DNA from: Vicugna vicugna
Lineage: Eukaryota
Length of the DNA: 64,000 bases
Direction of reading: 5' to 3'
NCBI GenBank assembly: GCA_013265495.1
Contig: MU058844.1
Coordinates: forward strand, 124,001-188,000
Shown: positions 63,005 through 64,000 of the stretch, in pieces
Layout of the letters: the number at the start of each line of letters is the position of its first letter
How positions within the stretch are numbered: the stretch's first letter is position 1
The notes under the pieces: model-generated
The model's database searches: none
The model's input: only the letters and a program-made list of their open reading frames with translations
Told to the model about the DNA's origin: nothing
Translations under genes and position numbers: made by a program

Positions 63005-63782
63005 CATATCTGAATCACTTTACTGTACATCAGAAACTAACACAACATTGTAAGTCAACTATACTTTAATAAAATTTTTAAAAAAGAAAGTATGTGCATC
63101 TATGGAATTGCACTTGGCCAGTAGGATGTGTGTGGAAGTGATATGCATCATCTCCAGCATGGCCCATAAAGCCTCCTGTGCAATCCTCATGCTTGCGCTC
63201 TTCCCTCACCTGTCAGCCAGAGACAGACAATCTAGGGAAGGATTCCATGGTCTTAGGGAATGGCAGGCCCATGAGATAAAGGAAGTCTGGGTCACTGAAT
63301 GTGTCTGCATGGAGCAGAGCCCTCCTTTCTCCTGTAGGAAATAACAAGTGAAACCACTAGATTTGGGGGTTCTTTGTTTCAGCAGATAGCTTATTCTGAC
63401 TGTGCAGTGGTTGATACATATTATCACCTTTCACCCTCTCGACCACCTAAATAGTATATATTACTTTTTATATTTCACTAATGAAGAAATTGAGTGTCAA
63501 AGAAGGGAAGTAATTTGCTCACAGCTTCAAGTGTCACAGGCAAGATTTGAACCTGTGAATCCCTAACTCCAGAGTCCATCTTATTTATTCTTTACCACAC
63601 GGTTGCTACCCAGCCCCCTTGACACCTCCTTCCTGGGTACATTTATTTGTTGCTAACAGTTTCTGCAGGTGCTGCTCCTGCAAAAACTTGTTACTAAGAA
63701 GCAGTGCAAGGTATGGCAGGTGGGCCTTTCTAGAAGCCATCGGCAAGGGACAGCTAGAACCTAGCTTTGCTACAACCAAGTA

Positions 63783-64000
63783 CAGCAGTCCCCCCTTACC
63801 CAAGAGGGATTTGTCCAAGACCCCCAGTAGACGCCTGAAACCGCAGGTAGTACTGCATATGCTATGTTTTTTCTATAAGTATGATGAAGTTTAACTTATA
63901 AATTAGGCACAGTATGAGATTAACAGCAATAACTAATAATAAAATAGAAAAATTACAATATACTGTAATAAAAGTTATGTGAATGTGGTCCCTCTCCTTA
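63783..64000. mobile_element. MER44/Tigger7-like TcMar element (runs off the window)
   Basis: TA|CAGCAGTCCCCCCTTACCC...CCAAGACCCCCAGTAGACGCCTGAAACCGC...TATAAATTAGGCACAGTA...TACTGTAATAAAAGTTATGTGAATGTGGTC. Confidence 0.85.

Larger units (their letters stand above)
62163..63085 (+). mobile_element. 5'-truncated L1 (ORF2 C-terminus plus Cetartiodactyla-type 3' UTR)
   Basis: [42 protein letters not shown] and MEYYSAIKR...FAATWMDLE; 17-bp TSD at 62146-62162 and 63086-63102 with 3 mismatches. Confidence 0.95.
62070..63418 (+). mobile_element. MaLR LTR (old MLT1) split by an L1 insertion
   Basis: TGTGGTAG...CATTTCCCAGGCTCACTTG resumes after the L1 with GGCCAGTAGGATGTG...GAAGTGAT...GGAGCAGAGCC...AAACCACTAGATTTGGGGGTTC...TACA. 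Confidence 0.8.

Overview
This is non-coding mammalian nuclear DNA. A tRNA-derived SINE at 1-110 resembles the camelid Vic-1-type SINE, and two young L1 3' ends have Cetartiodactyla-type 3' UTRs, so a camelid (camel/alpaca/llama) is the most likely source (inference). A large part of the window is decayed transposable elements: L1/HAL1, L2, MIR, CR1/L3, MaLR LTRs, and hAT, Tigger and mariner relics. I found no convincing protein-coding gene, RNA gene, CRISPR array or operon; the ORF track is consistent with chance ORFs and TE remnants. The window looks like a long intron, probably of a minus-strand gene: the plus strand appears A-rich by eye, and several minus-strand exon/promoter-like segments lie at 12-27.5 kb. 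I could not identify the host gene. The best-supported oddities are (i) an ancient CR1/L3 element apparently broken by an internal inversion at 54.4-56.9 kb, which also carries a near-perfect OCT4-SOX2 motif, (ii) a cluster of candidate minus-strand alternative first exons/promoters, (iii) a MARNA-like mariner transposase fossil and (iv) a weak piggyBac-like Cys-rich reading-frame remnant. I do not see solid evidence for a new biological system. Repeat family names come from my memory of consensus sequences, not a database search, and boundaries are approximate unless TSDs/TIRs are quoted.
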